A stretch of 57,947 bases of DNA, the filler included, from Sphacelaria rigidula (Eukaryota): NCBI GenBank assembly GCA_964200075.2. It is 5 parts of 5 records of this genome, joined end to end, with 100 filler letters (N's around TTAATTAATTAA, not from the genome) between each part and the next. Parts side by side here need not be neighbours in the genome. Positions count along the whole stretch, not along the records: positions 11,612 to 23,120 come from CAXNAA020004846.1; positions 23,221 to 34,729 come from CAXNAA020004847.1; 3 more parts are not named here. One strand, 5' to 3'. The translations under genes were made by a program, and so were the position numbers. The notes beneath the pieces are model-generated. The model worked only from the letters and a program-made list of their open reading frames with translations, ran no database searches and was not told the origin of the DNA. This document shows positions 12,754-24,759 of the stretch, piece by piece. The first letter of the stretch is position 1; each line of letters starts with the position of its first letter.

Positions 12754-13521
12754 CCAGTACTACCGCAACACCGCCATTTCTCCTCTCGTCGAATTTCCTT
12801 GCCACTCATGCATGTCGTCATGCTTTCGGCGACAGAAAACGTGACCGTTGGTGCCGGGGTTCGAGCCGTTTACTCCGCCGTAACCGATAAAAGGATTCGA
12901 GGGTGAAACGAAGAATTGTTGATCTGAAGATTACTTGCTGCGATAATAGTGTAATTGATTGGTGCCGTACTAATCAATCCGTGGGCTTTGTTTTCATCGT
13001 TGCATACACCGCAGGTGAGCGCACCCTGAGCACTTCAAATAGCGCAAAATTGCGTCCTGCAAAGAATTTTTTTATCCGCGGTGAACGTTTTTTCCCGTAG
13101 ATTTGGTGATTCGAACTAGCGATGATTCTGTTGACCCTCGTAAGGAGCCATCGTCCATACCACCAGTGCGCCGCAGGTGAATAATGAATGATTGATTGCT
13201 CGTTCGATTGATTGTCGTGCATCAGCTGATCCGCTACAAATACAGCCGTGGTCATGAGATACAAGATGTACGTGATGAGGGCAGGTCGGGTACTGTAGGG
13301 TATGTACTTTCGAGTACCCGGGTACAATGCCCTCGTATTCACTCTATCCAAAAATTGGGTAGGTAATTTTAGAAATACCCGGGTATAGAGTGTAACTTGG
13401 GTATGATATTGACATCCTAGGCAAATGTTGGATATGTTGAGTATGAACTCAACTGTCTACTCAAGTTTTTTATAACTAAAATCACGACTTTCAAAACACC
13501 CGATTATAGGGTATACGCTGA

Positions 13522-13867
13522 GCCCGTCGCCCCGGTGGCTCAGCTGGAAACCTCGAAACCTTCTGACGGGTGGGTCGTCGGTTTGAATCTTGGAGTGATC
13601 TGGGACTTCTTACATAATGCCCAAAAGTGGAGATCGACTATCTGTGTCATGGGTACAGAGAATTCGACTTGACGGTCGACGAGGGAAAAGGACTATGGAA
13701 CTTCTCTCGCGATCAAAAATTAAGCCAAGCATCGCAGAAGGAAGGTAGAAAGTAAATACTTTTGAAAAATAACAACTTCTGTGCTGACCTTCCTCCTGTG
13801 TGACTCCGGCTGGTGCGCCCACATGTACCGGACGGTGTAGACCGGCCTCCAGAATTGATGGGATGGC

Positions 13868-13920
<53 letters not shown>
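13522..13920 (+). mobile_element. tRNA-derived SINE with (CA)n tail, copy 2
   Basis: TGGCTCAGCTGG and GGTTTGAATC boxes, collinear with copy 1, pure (CA)n tail at about 13869-13920. Confidence 0.8.
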
Positions 13921-13923
<3 letters not shown>

Positions 13924-14317
13924 ACCTGACCCACCCTTGGACGTGCAGTGCCCGAGGAAAATAAACGGAACACTCGCTGAGAATCTACTCACAATGCAGT
14001 ATCCGCCCTTTCGTCACCCTAGCACACTCCGTTATTTTCAAGTCGCCCTCGTGTTCACCGTACTTCGCTCTAGTAGTGGCACTTCGTGCTGTTCAGGGAA
14101 ACGTGGTGCCCACGAGGCTTCAGCGAACCCAAGTGACGGAGAGATCCATGGCTCAACCCCGTGTTTTTATTCCCCTCCCACTCCCCCTTCTGCTTTGTAG
14201 GGATGCATGATCATGAGTACACCCCCTCCCCCCCCCTCCTGCCCTCTTTGTTCTTTCACGTCTTCCGCTTTCCGTTTGTTAATGCCTGTTTTGCCATTCT
14301 TATGTGCCATTCGGCAG

Positions 14318-17300
14318 GACGAAAAGGCCAATGTTCGCAGGAACGCCGTCCCAGCGCTGGAGGCTCTCCTGGCTCTCTCTCCCGTCCTCAGAGCGGGCAG
14401 CGCCGATGAAGGCGATGGCAGTGGTTCGTCGTTGGGCGAAGCAAGCGGGAGGGACGTGGAGGTGGAGCATGCTAACGACTTTTTGCTGCTGGAGGCGAGG
14501 TGCAATGATGTGTCGCTCTCCACTCGCAAGGTGTGTTCGTGTGTCGTACCCCGATTTGTTCGTGTCATGCTCTACAGTAGCGCGTGTGCTCGTGTCGAAT
14601 TACATCTTATTTATGCCATACTCCAGCGCGTGTTCGTGTCTCGTGCGGCAGTCTGTTGTTGCCATACTCTTATGTTTGTGCGTGTGCTTGAATCATCATA
14701 CCACGGTTTGTTCGCGTCATACTACAGGCCACGCTCTCGTGTTGTACCGCAGCTTGCTCGTGTCATGAATCGGTGCGTGTGCGTGTGTCATACTACAAAG
14801 ATTTGTTTACGTCGCACTCCAATGTGTGCGCGTGTGTTGTGCGGCAGTTTTGTTCACGCCATACTTCAGTACGTGTGCTTGTGTGAGGCTAGTTTACCGG
14901 TGTTGGCCTACAAATGTCCATGGTTGACACAAGTTTACAAGTATCGTTACCCCTAAAACGCTAACCCCAACGCAACGCATACCGAGAGCCCTCGGGCGAG
15001 GGCAGAACATACATTCCCTAGGCAAATGGCGGCCTTGGTAGACCCCGAATCGGCGCCCGTGGCGCCGATTTCAACGAAAAAGCGTATTCCGTAGGTGAGG
15101 AACACACCAGATTGTCAGCCCGACTTAAATTTCGATTATCGTTGTCCAGACTAAAATCAAGTAATATCAACCATGGACATTTGTAGCCCAACGCCGGTAA
15201 ACAAACTCTACTGGCTCGTGTCGTGTCGTCTTGTCTTTGATCGCTTGTTTACTACAGCGTCAACACATGCTGCGGAACACAACGTGGCGTCCATTGCACA
15301 CCTAACAGTTTGTTTTGGAAAACAAGGTAACGTCTGTTCAGCTGGATCCCTTTATTACTTTTCGTAACGTGGAGATTCGGATTTAATGTGTTCGGCCTTT
15401 TGCAACTGTGGCCTCTTTTTAACGGCCGCTCGTGGTTATGCAGGCGGCCATGACTGCTCTGTCTTCATTGCTGTTGTCCAGACCGCGAGACCAACACCTG
15501 CAGCAGGCCTGGGTCACAGCACTCCTTCCACTCGCTGGGGACCCCGAGCAGACCTGCCAGGTATGTCTAACGAGGATATTGTGCCCCAAGCAAGCGCTTT
15601 TTCGATACGCCATTATTTCATGTACGAAGCACATATTTTGTATGCTGCTGATAATGATGGTAATGATGAGGAGACAGTGACAACAGTAATACTAATGATC
15701 ATAATACTCGGTGAAAGGTGACATAAATGAGCATCTGATGGCGTGACATGGGTAACTAACTGCTATTGTACGTCAAAATGACAATTTTAGTCACAATCTA
15801 TAAAGGATGCTGTACGTGTCGCATTCGTCATTCTCTAGCCCACCAGCGTTGATCATTTTTCCCTTTTTTTTTGTTCCTGCATCCATCCACTTCTTGTCTC
15901 ATTCCTAAAATACGTTCCTCGTGCTACATGCATTCCTCGCCATAACCCACCCCCTTCGAAGATACGCCTGGTGGAGCTTGTCCGCACCGTACTCCTAGAC
16001 CGTGTAGTGGACTGGCACAAGGCAGAGATCGTGGGCATCAGCAAGGCCCGAGGACGGGGCTCCGCGAGGTCGAACGATGCGGGCGCCGCCGGCGATGCGG
16101 GGAAGTGCCCGGGATCGACCAAGACCGATCGGATCTTCAGCGTCTGGCCGCTGCTGGCCAAGGCTGCTCACGGCGATGCGCACAAGTGTCTGAAGAAGGT
16201 GAGTTGTGTGAACGTGTGTGTGTGTGTGTGTGTGTATGTGTGTATTTATGTTTGGGGGCATTATGGTGAGCAACGATTTTTTCGAATGGGGGAGGAGGCA
16301 AGGAGAGTGAGATTACCGTTTTGGTGTGTCGGTTGAGGGGGTGGTTTCCAGCGAATGTTGTGCCACAATATTCTGAAGGATATATCTAGGGCATGTACGT
16401 AGATGAAGGAGGGGGGGTTGAGGGGCGGGGAGGGGGGGGTTACTCATGGTTCTGCATGCCGTTGTCATGAGACCTTTGACTTCGGAAGGGGGACGAGGAG
16501 GTTGGGGGCGGTTACTCTCCCGTCACACTTTTTACCAAACTCTTCCCAATACGGCACGGTACACGCCCTACATTTTGTTTAGTTATCGCTGATTGGATCA
16601 GTTTTAACTCCCGCACCTTACCGCGTCGACTTTCATTAAGCAAGCTTGGTTTTGTTGCATTGATTCATTGCTCACGTACTCACAATTTTCAATTACCGAA
16701 AACTGAACCTTATTTTTTTCAAGGACAGAAAAACCCATCTGCCATTTTCTCCTACCTTAAATTTGATGCTGTATCAGTTACACAAGAGCGCGGCAGAAAA
16801 TTGTGATACAAAAAAGAGAGGGCATGAGCAGTATACACTGTGAGCGTAGGTCTAGAGAAAATAGCATGGCAATTTTTGGATACAGTAAAACATGATCATT
16901 TGTGAGGTCGCTGAGGCTGTAAGTCTCAAGTCAAAAGGGTATAGAAGGTGGGAGAGCGAACGGGTGAGTTTGAACCTTCCAGCACGAAGTGGGCGCACCC
17001 ACGCGTACCGTAGACAGAAGAGGATCGCACTATTATTTTTTAGCGCCCTCGTCCAATCACTGTGTAGTTGATCTGATCTGAACAGAGCGTTGCGCTTAAG
17101 TGCGCGTGTACGTAGGGCAGGATGATGGATTTCCTTCATTGCACCCTCACCCGTGTAGCGTACGATGTATTTGATCTGAAAAAACATCAATTCGACCGAA
17201 GCGCACGTGTACTTGGAAGAGGATGACCTCATTTGTTTCGCAACCTAATCTAATTACATTAGATTTGATCTGATCTGAACATAATATTACGCAGCCGGTG

Positions 17301-20300
17301 CTGAGGCAGGACATGATGCCATGATTCTTTTGTACCCTAGTCCAATCACAGCGGTATTTGATCTTGTCTAAAATGAGCATCACGGCGAAGTGCACCTGTG
17401 GTCAAAACAGGACGACAAATTATCCTCTTTTTTTCACTCTAGATCAATTTTCAGTGTATTTGATCTGATGAGAACAGAGCATTAGGTACACTGAGGTGCA
17501 CGCACATAGTCAATGTAATCGTCTGATCTGTGGTGATTTGTTCTCGTCTCACAGCACCGTCTGTGTGTATATCAAGACCATTCTCACGTGCATGTACGCC
17601 TTTTCATTATCGCGCAAGAAGTGCTGAGTCACGACTTTGGTGCTGTAATGGTCCGACTGTCGCCACGAGGGTGGAGAGACCGAGGGTTCGTTTCCCGATG
17701 CGTTTTTTTTTCTTCGTAGTATCTGATTTCCACGGTGGGAAGTGTGAAAACGTGAGTAAATAGAGTAGTCGACGGAGTTTGTTTGACGTGAGTTGACGCG
17801 GTGCGGGAGTGCTGACCCAATCCGCAAGATCAAAATGAAAGGCGTGTACCGGAGAGAGATGGCTTAATCCCTTGAGACTGTTAGACCACGGACTCGTCCC
17901 GAGGAAGGGTAGGGGTTTAAAGTGCGACGAAAAAATAATAAATAAAATAAAATGTGCGCCCGTGTCGTCCACTGCGTCTCGTAGGTGATATCCATTCTCA
18001 TGTCCCAGAAAGAGTCCGGATTTAAACCCGGGCCGGTGCTAAACGCGCTAAGGTCAGCGGCTGTGATGGCCTTGCCCCCAAAGGCAATGAGTGCTGACGA
18101 GATGGATGAAGGAGAGGATGGAGCCGACGGTGCCGAAGAGGTGAGACGGAATTGTTTTTGTTTTTTTTGCCTGGAATATTGTGAGTTCGTCGCTTGTTTC
18201 AACTATTGCATTCGTGCTATGATACCTTGATGTCTCTATGGCTTAAATTTGATTGATGTATTATTGACTGGTTTACTGAATTATTGATGGATAATTTTTA
18301 GCGATTTGGTGATCCGATTGATTCATGGATTGATTCATGGATTGATTCATGGATTGATTCATTGGTTCGATTCATTGATCGATGGACTGACTACTTGATT
18401 GATGGATTAATTCATTGAAAAGATAAATTGATTGATTGGTTGGTCAATTTATCGATGGATTGATTAATTGCTCAATTTTTCGGTTGGTCGATGGATCGAT
18501 TGAATGATCGCCTGCTTGATTGATGGGTTCATTGATTCCTTGATTCCTTAATTCCTTGACTTATTGGTTCATTCATTGATTAATCCTCAGACAGCGACCC
18601 CCCTGCAGGTGAACTGATTTGGACTACGCCACATTTGGGATTCAGAACTGCTCTTTTCTCGATACCCAAAACGCCTTTTTCATGAATAAGTTATTCGGAC
18701 CCGAGTAGTCTATGGTTGCTTTCCCATGACCAAAATGAGTCGTGGGGGGTAGACAGCGAATTAGTCCAATGTAGTGTCCACCCGAACCGGAAGAACGTGC
18801 CCATCTTGACGACCGTGATTGGTCAGAATGGGCATCCCGCGCCTCCCGGGTCTCGTGCGCGGCTCATAATTTTCCGCGGGAAACTTCCAAACACACACGG
18901 TTGACTTGGGGAGCTTTGTGGCTCTTCTTCGGACAGACCCCCCCCCCCCCCCCCGCTGCTCCGCGCCCTCGCCCGCCCAACCGACACCTTCGACCGCGCN
19001 NNNNNNNNNACAAAACACCACCATGTAGGAACGAGTGGGGGTGCTTCCACTCCTTTTCGTGCCTCCCCCCCCCCCCCCCCCCCCATTTCAATGGTCTTAT
19101 GACTATGGCATGCATGATCATGAGTAAACCCCCTCTTGAAAACACCACATCCCCCGGCCACTGTAAACCCCCGAATGTCTCCGGACTGTCAACCTGTGAC
19201 ACTGTTCCGAGTCGACACTCGCTGTCTCAGGGTTAAAGGACGAATTGATTGATCGACTGACTGGGAGATTGATGGGTTGATTGATGGATTGGTTGACTGG
19301 GAGATTGATTGTTCGATTGTTCGGTTGTCCGATCGATTCATTGATCGATTCATTGACGGATTGATGCCGATTGATTTATGAATATTGATTGTTCAATTGA
19401 TCGATTCATTGATACCGTTTAATTGATTCATTGGTCGTCTGACTGACTTACTGATTGGCAGAGTGACTGGTCGATTGATATATCGTGCTTCAAGTGATCC
19501 CCAAGAGATCTCGCTGTGGTCACGAGATCGACGTACCCCAACCATGGTAGGAAACACGGAGTAATTACTTGCTGAAGGAAAGTTACCTTAGCATGAAGGC
19601 GAGAAAAAGAGAGGTGTTCAGCAGCTAAAACGAAGTAAACTGAGAGAAACGAAAGACAAACAAAACAGAAGTGAAAATATAGGAAAGAAAGCAGAGAAAA
19701 GGAGAAGCTCGTTTTTCGGAGGAGGGAGCGAGTACGCCTTCAACATGGCTGCAGAAAAGTGAACCGAGTTTTTCTTCGTCGATGGTTTTGTCCCCAACTC
19801 ATCCGTCACGGTGGTCGTTTTTTGTCTCTCCTGGTGCGTTGCCTCGCCCATCGTGCCGGCCGCTTGTGTTAACTGTTTTGTTGGCGGGTTGTCTCGTCTC
19901 AACTCCTCTTTTTATTTTATGACATCCGTGCTGTTCTCTCGCCTCGGCTGTTTTGTCGGGCAATTTTCTCCATGTAGTTAGTGGGTAGTGTTCGTCGCAA
20001 CGGTGTCAGCATCTGTCTCGCCCTTTGTGTCGACCGTTTATCTCAGCTGCCCAGTCGGTGACTAGCTTTTATCCCAAGACGTGTCAAGTCATGCGTATCG
20101 GTTGTTGCACACCTCCGGATAGATGGTGAGGGAGCTCATCTATCATGTATAGCGCCTTCAAAACATGTACAGATGAGCTACGCTCCTATTGGTGTAGCTG
20201 GGGAAATTTGTGTGGCTCATGTAGCTCACGATAGCTCATGCTAGGGACGTATGAGCTAGCTCGTGTAGCTCCCCGTAGCTCACTCGGAGCAAACATGTGC

Positions 20301-21611
20301 AGATGAGCTATTCTTCTACAGCTTAAGATTTGAGAACATGTGCGGATAAGCTACCCTCTGGGAACTCGAGGTGGGAACTCATGTGTAGCTCAGGTAGCTC
20401 ACGTAGATGACTGGTGGGGTATCCTTGAAAAGAGCTATTGATAACTCGAGCTACGGTGACCTGATCCGTTTGGGGTGTTAACCCTTGTGTTGGCCTCATG
20501 TCTCAACTGTTTCAAGGTGTATTCGTACCCGATTTTTTTCGGACTATTTTTTTACTTTTAGGGGGGATTTAACTCTTTTTTATACTTTGAAAAATTGTGC
20601 TCAAGAGAAGATCCAACGCTAGATCTTCGGATTAATACGTAGTCACTCTTGAATGAATGTATATATATATATATTGCTTGAATTGCTTCAAAATCTGGCA
20701 TCACCTTTTTTGCGGCAAGGTTTTTTTTTCACCTGAGAAAAGCGCGAAAGTCTTGAAGAAAGGCAGCCTCGTTCATAATACCCCCAAGTTGAAGGCTTTT
20801 GTCTCATTCCGCATTAGGGTCATCGCATGTCAAGTGTTTGGTTGGACGCTTGTTTTACTAGCATCAGTGATTCGTCTGTCTCAACTGATGCGTTGGTCGT
20901 CTGCCTCGAAGTGTGCTCGGCGCTTTGTTAGAATTTTGCTGGTGCTTCGAATCTTCCACACGTCGGACCGTTCATGAGCTATAATACCTTGAATAACCAG
21001 GGCTATACACGTTGCACGTGCCATAGCGTTACACGTGACGTTCACGGTACGTTTAGGTCGAAACGTAACATGAACGTTAATTTTTTTACGTGATGAACGT
21101 AACGTCAACGCAACATTAATTTTTCAAATGTAACGTTAACGTAACTTTTTTTTTCTTTACGTGATACACGTCACGTAACGTGAACGTTAAATATTTTTTT
21201 ACGAGATGAACGCAACGTGAACGTGAACGTGTAACGTGTATAGCCCTGGAAATAACGAATCGTAGAGAACTCTCAGATGCATTGTACAAAAGAACAAAAC
21301 ACGTGATGCAGTGTCAGAGAAGCCAAAGCGTTACCTTCCCGCTACACTGCATGCTTGGCGTCCATCGCTGTCGAGAGCTAATACAGAAATAGTGGCCAAA
21401 TGAGCTAGCTCATGATCCGGATCAGTAGTCTAATAACAAGTAATATCCAGGTAACTCATGGGCTGTCCGATATGTGGAATCTTCAGGGCGAGTGGGACGC
21501 GTCGGACTCCAAGCTACTGTCACTATCGGAGTCGCTGCCTCGGGCCAACCTCACCACCATCCGAAGAGGAACGTGGACGCTGTTGGAGGCGTTTCTGGAT
21601 CGCTCCACTGG
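14318..21611 (+). CDS. NCAPD3: Condensin II complex subunit D3 (CAP-D3), partial: five internal HEAT-repeat exons
   Basis: AG/GT-bounded in-phase exons 14318-14530 (DEKANVRRNAV..RCNDVSLSTRK), 15444-15560 (AAMTALSSLLL..LQQAWVTALLPLAGDPEQTCQ), 15962-16198, 17985-18140 and 21487-21611 (..GTWTLLEAF). These match the remembered CAP-D3 pattern DEKxNVRK..RCxDxxxSVRKQAxxxLxxLL..W..PxxxDxExxVQ. Confidence 0.85.
14950..15125 (+). repeat. Dispersed repeat headed by degenerate (AACCCT)n, homologous to 38290-38470
   Basis: Shared blocks TACCGAGA.CCCTCGGG, TAGGCAAA and TTGGTAGA....GAATCGGCGCC..TGGCGC on two different scaffolds. Confidence 0.6.
17040..17530. repeat. Degenerate tandem repeat, period about 95-100 bp, core TGTATTTGATCTGATCTGAAC
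   Basis: Core recurs near 17063, 17166, 17260, 17352, 17453 and 17513. Confidence 0.5.
18250..19480. repeat. Degenerate (GATT)n microsatellite split by a TTAA insertion
   Basis: GATT/ATTG-rich tracts at about 18250-18580 and 19240-19480. Confidence 0.7.
18584..19232. mobile_element. piggyBac-type non-autonomous element
   Basis: TTAA at 18580-18583 and 19233-19236. TIRs TCCTCAGACAGCGA and CCCTGAGACAGCGA (12/14). Contains a 10-N gap. Confidence 0.7.
20110..20477. mobile_element. Probable non-autonomous DNA element with CACC..GGTG ends and many GTAGCTC/GAGCTAC repeats
   Basis: Imperfect inverted ends and dense AGCT-centred motifs in both orientations. No target duplication found. Confidence 0.35.
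20998..21248. mobile_element. hAT-like MITE
   Basis: 22-bp TIR CAGGGCTATACACGTT(G/A)CACGT, flanks TGAATAAC and GAAATAAC resembling a decayed 8-bp TSD, interior rich in ACGT. Confidence 0.75.
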
Positions 21612-21905
21612 GTAAATAAAAAACCAAGCATACACATTGGGGGAGGAAGGGGGAGTTCAAAGATAGTTGTTTCTACCGTACTTTGTGGTGTGCTGTGGCG
21701 CTGTGGCATGTTTGTTTTTTCTTAGCAAGCAAGTTCATCATTTTTCATTTTATTTTTATTTTCTTGTTTATTTTTATCCTGCCTCCCCCCCCCCCCCACC
21801 ACCCCTTCTTTCTTTTTTCTTTTTTTGTTGTTTTGNNNNNNNNNNTTCTTTTTCTCTTTGTTTGGTTTGGGGGGGTGGGGTTTTTTTTTTTTTTTTTTCA
21901 ACAAT

Positions 21906-21945
<40 letters not shown>

Positions 21946-22441
21946 CCCCCCCCCCCCCCCCCCCCGCCATTCGTCTCTTGTTTTCTTTTCACTTCGCTCC
22001 ACTTGTTTATTTTCCTCCCTTTTATTCATGTTACTCCCCTTCCCCTATCGGATTTCTTCTGGAAAATATTTTTCGTGTACCTTCACCTTGGGTCACAGGG
22101 TGCCGCATCTTTCAGTTTCGACAGCACACGCAGATTTTTTTCATCGGTCCAAGTTTGGCATGGGGAGCGAGGGCCCTCTAAACCTGTATGGTATTCAAAT
22201 TACTTTCCTGCTGTGATTTCGAAAAAAAATCGACCTGAAGCGTTGATATTGATGATAGGTATATATATATATGTATATGTTTCCCTTAAAAAAAATTCGA
22301 GTGTTTCGAAGAATTACAGTGATCAAGACCGCAAGCTCTACCCGTTCAAAATAATTCCGAATACTGTATATACAGCAAATCTTTGAAAGTTCGTTCATTT
22401 TACCGCGCGAGTTCGGTGTTGATTTTCTTCACTCATTTATA

Positions 22442-22980
22442 CTCCATCTGTCCCGTAATGTAAGCGAGGTTCAGACAAGTAGCGGCGTAACTCGGGCCCA
22501 TCGTACTCGTTTCCCGAACGGTTTTTTCTTCAGAGGAACCGCGCCGCTGTACAACACACCAAACCGGTCTCTTTTCGAGCCCCCCCCCCAAAATAGGTGC
22601 TTCCACCCCAGCAGAAGTCGCTCGATATCACCACCCCAACTTTGCAGCCCCGGTGAAAAGCATTCCTGTCATGGAGTGGAACATGTCTGCTGCTGGGAGT
22701 GCCTCTCAGGGGACGAAACGCAAGAATTTCAGCAGTTCAGAGAGAGATGTGCTGATCCGGTACTTTTTTCAGGCAGCAAAGATGGGGTACAAAGAAGCCG
22801 GAAAATTCCCGAATTAGGGGATAATAACGCACCATCCCCGCCTGTGTGTGTTTTTTTTTTCTTCTAATTTCAATGTGTTATTTGATCATATAGAAAAGTT
22901 GTTCCACCGTCGACAGTGCCCAAATGGCCTGTTTTTGACTGTATAGCACAAACCTTGCTTACATTACGGGACAGAGGGAG
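22442..22980 (+). mobile_element. Tc1/mariner (Stowaway-like) deletion derivative
   Basis: TA on both flanks, 30-bp TIR CTCC(A/C)TCTGTCCCGTAATGTAAGC(G/A)AGGTT, internal MSAAGSASQGTKRKNFSSSERDVLIRY fragment. Confidence 0.8.
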
Positions 22981-23120
22981 TAACATATTACAAGGGTCGG
23001 ACAAATAATGATTCGTCTGGAAATGACTTGGTTTTAGTATCATGAGTCGACTCGTCACGAATCAATCCCTAGGCTTTATTTCCGCATTGCGACCCAGGTA
23101 CACGCAGCCCAGACACGTGG

Positions 23121-23220
23121 NNNNNNNNNNNNNNNNNNNNNNNNNNNNNNNNNNNNNNNNNNNNTTAATTAATTAANNNNNNNNNNNNNNNNNNNNNNNN
23201 NNNNNNNNNNNNNNNNNNNN
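23121..23220. other. Artificial scaffold-join spacer
   Basis: 44 N + TTAATTAATTAA + 44 N. Confidence 0.97.
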
Positions 23221-24089
23221 CTCCCGAGCCTATTGGACGAACAAATGAACTTTCGATGGCAACTTCAACCTCACCCAAATGTTGGACCTCAAAAATGGAT
23301 CCAGGCTGTTACATGTCACTGTACCCACTATAGCCGTCATCAGACAGCAGGGTATTGAAAAACTAAAATCCCACGCACCGTGGGTATCCACCGTATCAAT
23401 GCACACCGACCCATCATCGACTTCCCCTGCTGCAGCTGTGACTGTGAAACTGCATTACTCTCATGTTCTCATGACATTCGTTGCATACCCGCTGTTTTTG
23501 TGCTCCCAAAGCGACGAGAACGCAAAGAATATATTGGTGAAAAGATACGCCGCCAGGAACAGGCTTTTGTGGTCCAGGTTCCTGTTTGAAGGTTTCCACG
23601 ATCTTGAAAAGGCGTGTGCATTTCGGGATCGACCACCTGTGAGAAAGAGCTGGTTTGGGCAACTTTCGGTGGCCAGAACACGCGCCACAGGTGTCAGATG
23701 ACACCCAAACCTGAACGATAATGTACCGCTGCTCCTTCTTCGTGCGCTGCGAAAGGAAGCACAGGATGGAACGCCTTGCTGCCAGCAAAAACTCGGCAAA
23801 AGTGGTGAAAAAAGTGAAATGATACATGTACACATATGTATATAAGGATCTCTACTGTCTATGGCAGCTGACCGCACCCGCCAACGCTTCGGCAATTAAC
23901 CAGAGAACACTCGGCTGGGTGCCCGCCCCCCCCCCAGCACTCAAAAACTCATTTTTTTCAAATTTGGGGCCCATGTGTCCAGAATGTTGTTTTCGCTGCC
24001 CCCTCATTCTATACCAAAGTTTCGCAGTATAGTTGCATTCCTTCACCTACTGGTGGCTATCGACAAGTACAACGCGCCATGCAAAGTTG

Positions 24090-24480
24090 GATTCCCATTA
24101 CGGACTTGTGGGCTGTGAGTGGGAAACCACTTCTGGAAAATCCAGGCGATCCTTGGCATACCGAACGACCGCACCCTTTTCCAATTTGTTGAAATTCTTG
24201 CTCTTTGGCCCCTTGGAGGCATTCCCAGTAGCGGACATGCCTCGACAGAAGATGAGAAGGCGATTGATTGGAGGGTCTGAGTGAGGATGGTGATTCCGAC
24301 GTACTTCTGCTAGGGCGAGATAAATATTTTCGGCGGGAATCTTGCAAAACCTACGGTTTGGGGTGAACCGGTCCAAAGCGGCGAATCCGAAGGAAAATAC
24401 TTTGGAAAAACAAAAAATAAGAAGGCTGGAGTTAGACCGCGCTCTCTCTCCACCTTGCTCATATTTCCTGACAGAGGGAA
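24090..24480 (-). mobile_element. 5' fragment of a related Tc1/mariner element
   Basis: Minus strand begins TA-TTCCCTCTGTCAGGAAATATGAGCAAGGT, similar to the 22442 TIR, and encodes the homologous MSATGNASKGPKSKNFNKLEKGAVVRY. Confidence 0.55.
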
Positions 24481-24759
24481 TATAAATGAATCCGGAAACC
24501 TTATACTGTCCGGTTTATCAGTGTGCGATCATTCAAAGCCAGCGTATCATCGCACTGTGTGTCATGTCGTTGACGTGAGTGACACACAGTCGCATATTGT
24601 GCCCATTGTCGTCTTGATTTCTCGCGCCCAGTCATTAACAGAGTGAGATGGACTCGAACCCTCAACTCCGCTCTAGTCGGTTATATGATGTACCACTTGG
24701 ACCACTGTGGCGAGGTGACATCGTGATATCCTCCAAGATTCCGCAAATAGAATACGGTG

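Noticed and set aside
12836-12902. Possible upstream CAP-D3 exon ending ..DKRIR
   Set aside because: The available GT donor gives phase 2 but the next exon needs phase 0, so it is unsupported without transcripts.
12401-13992. ORFs with poly-(CV) or poly-(HT) tracts
   Set aside because: Translations of SINE (CA)n tails.
21667-22386. Poly-Phe, poly-Pro and poly-Lys ORFs
   Set aside because: Homopolymer tracts beside a 10-N gap in low-quality intronic sequence.
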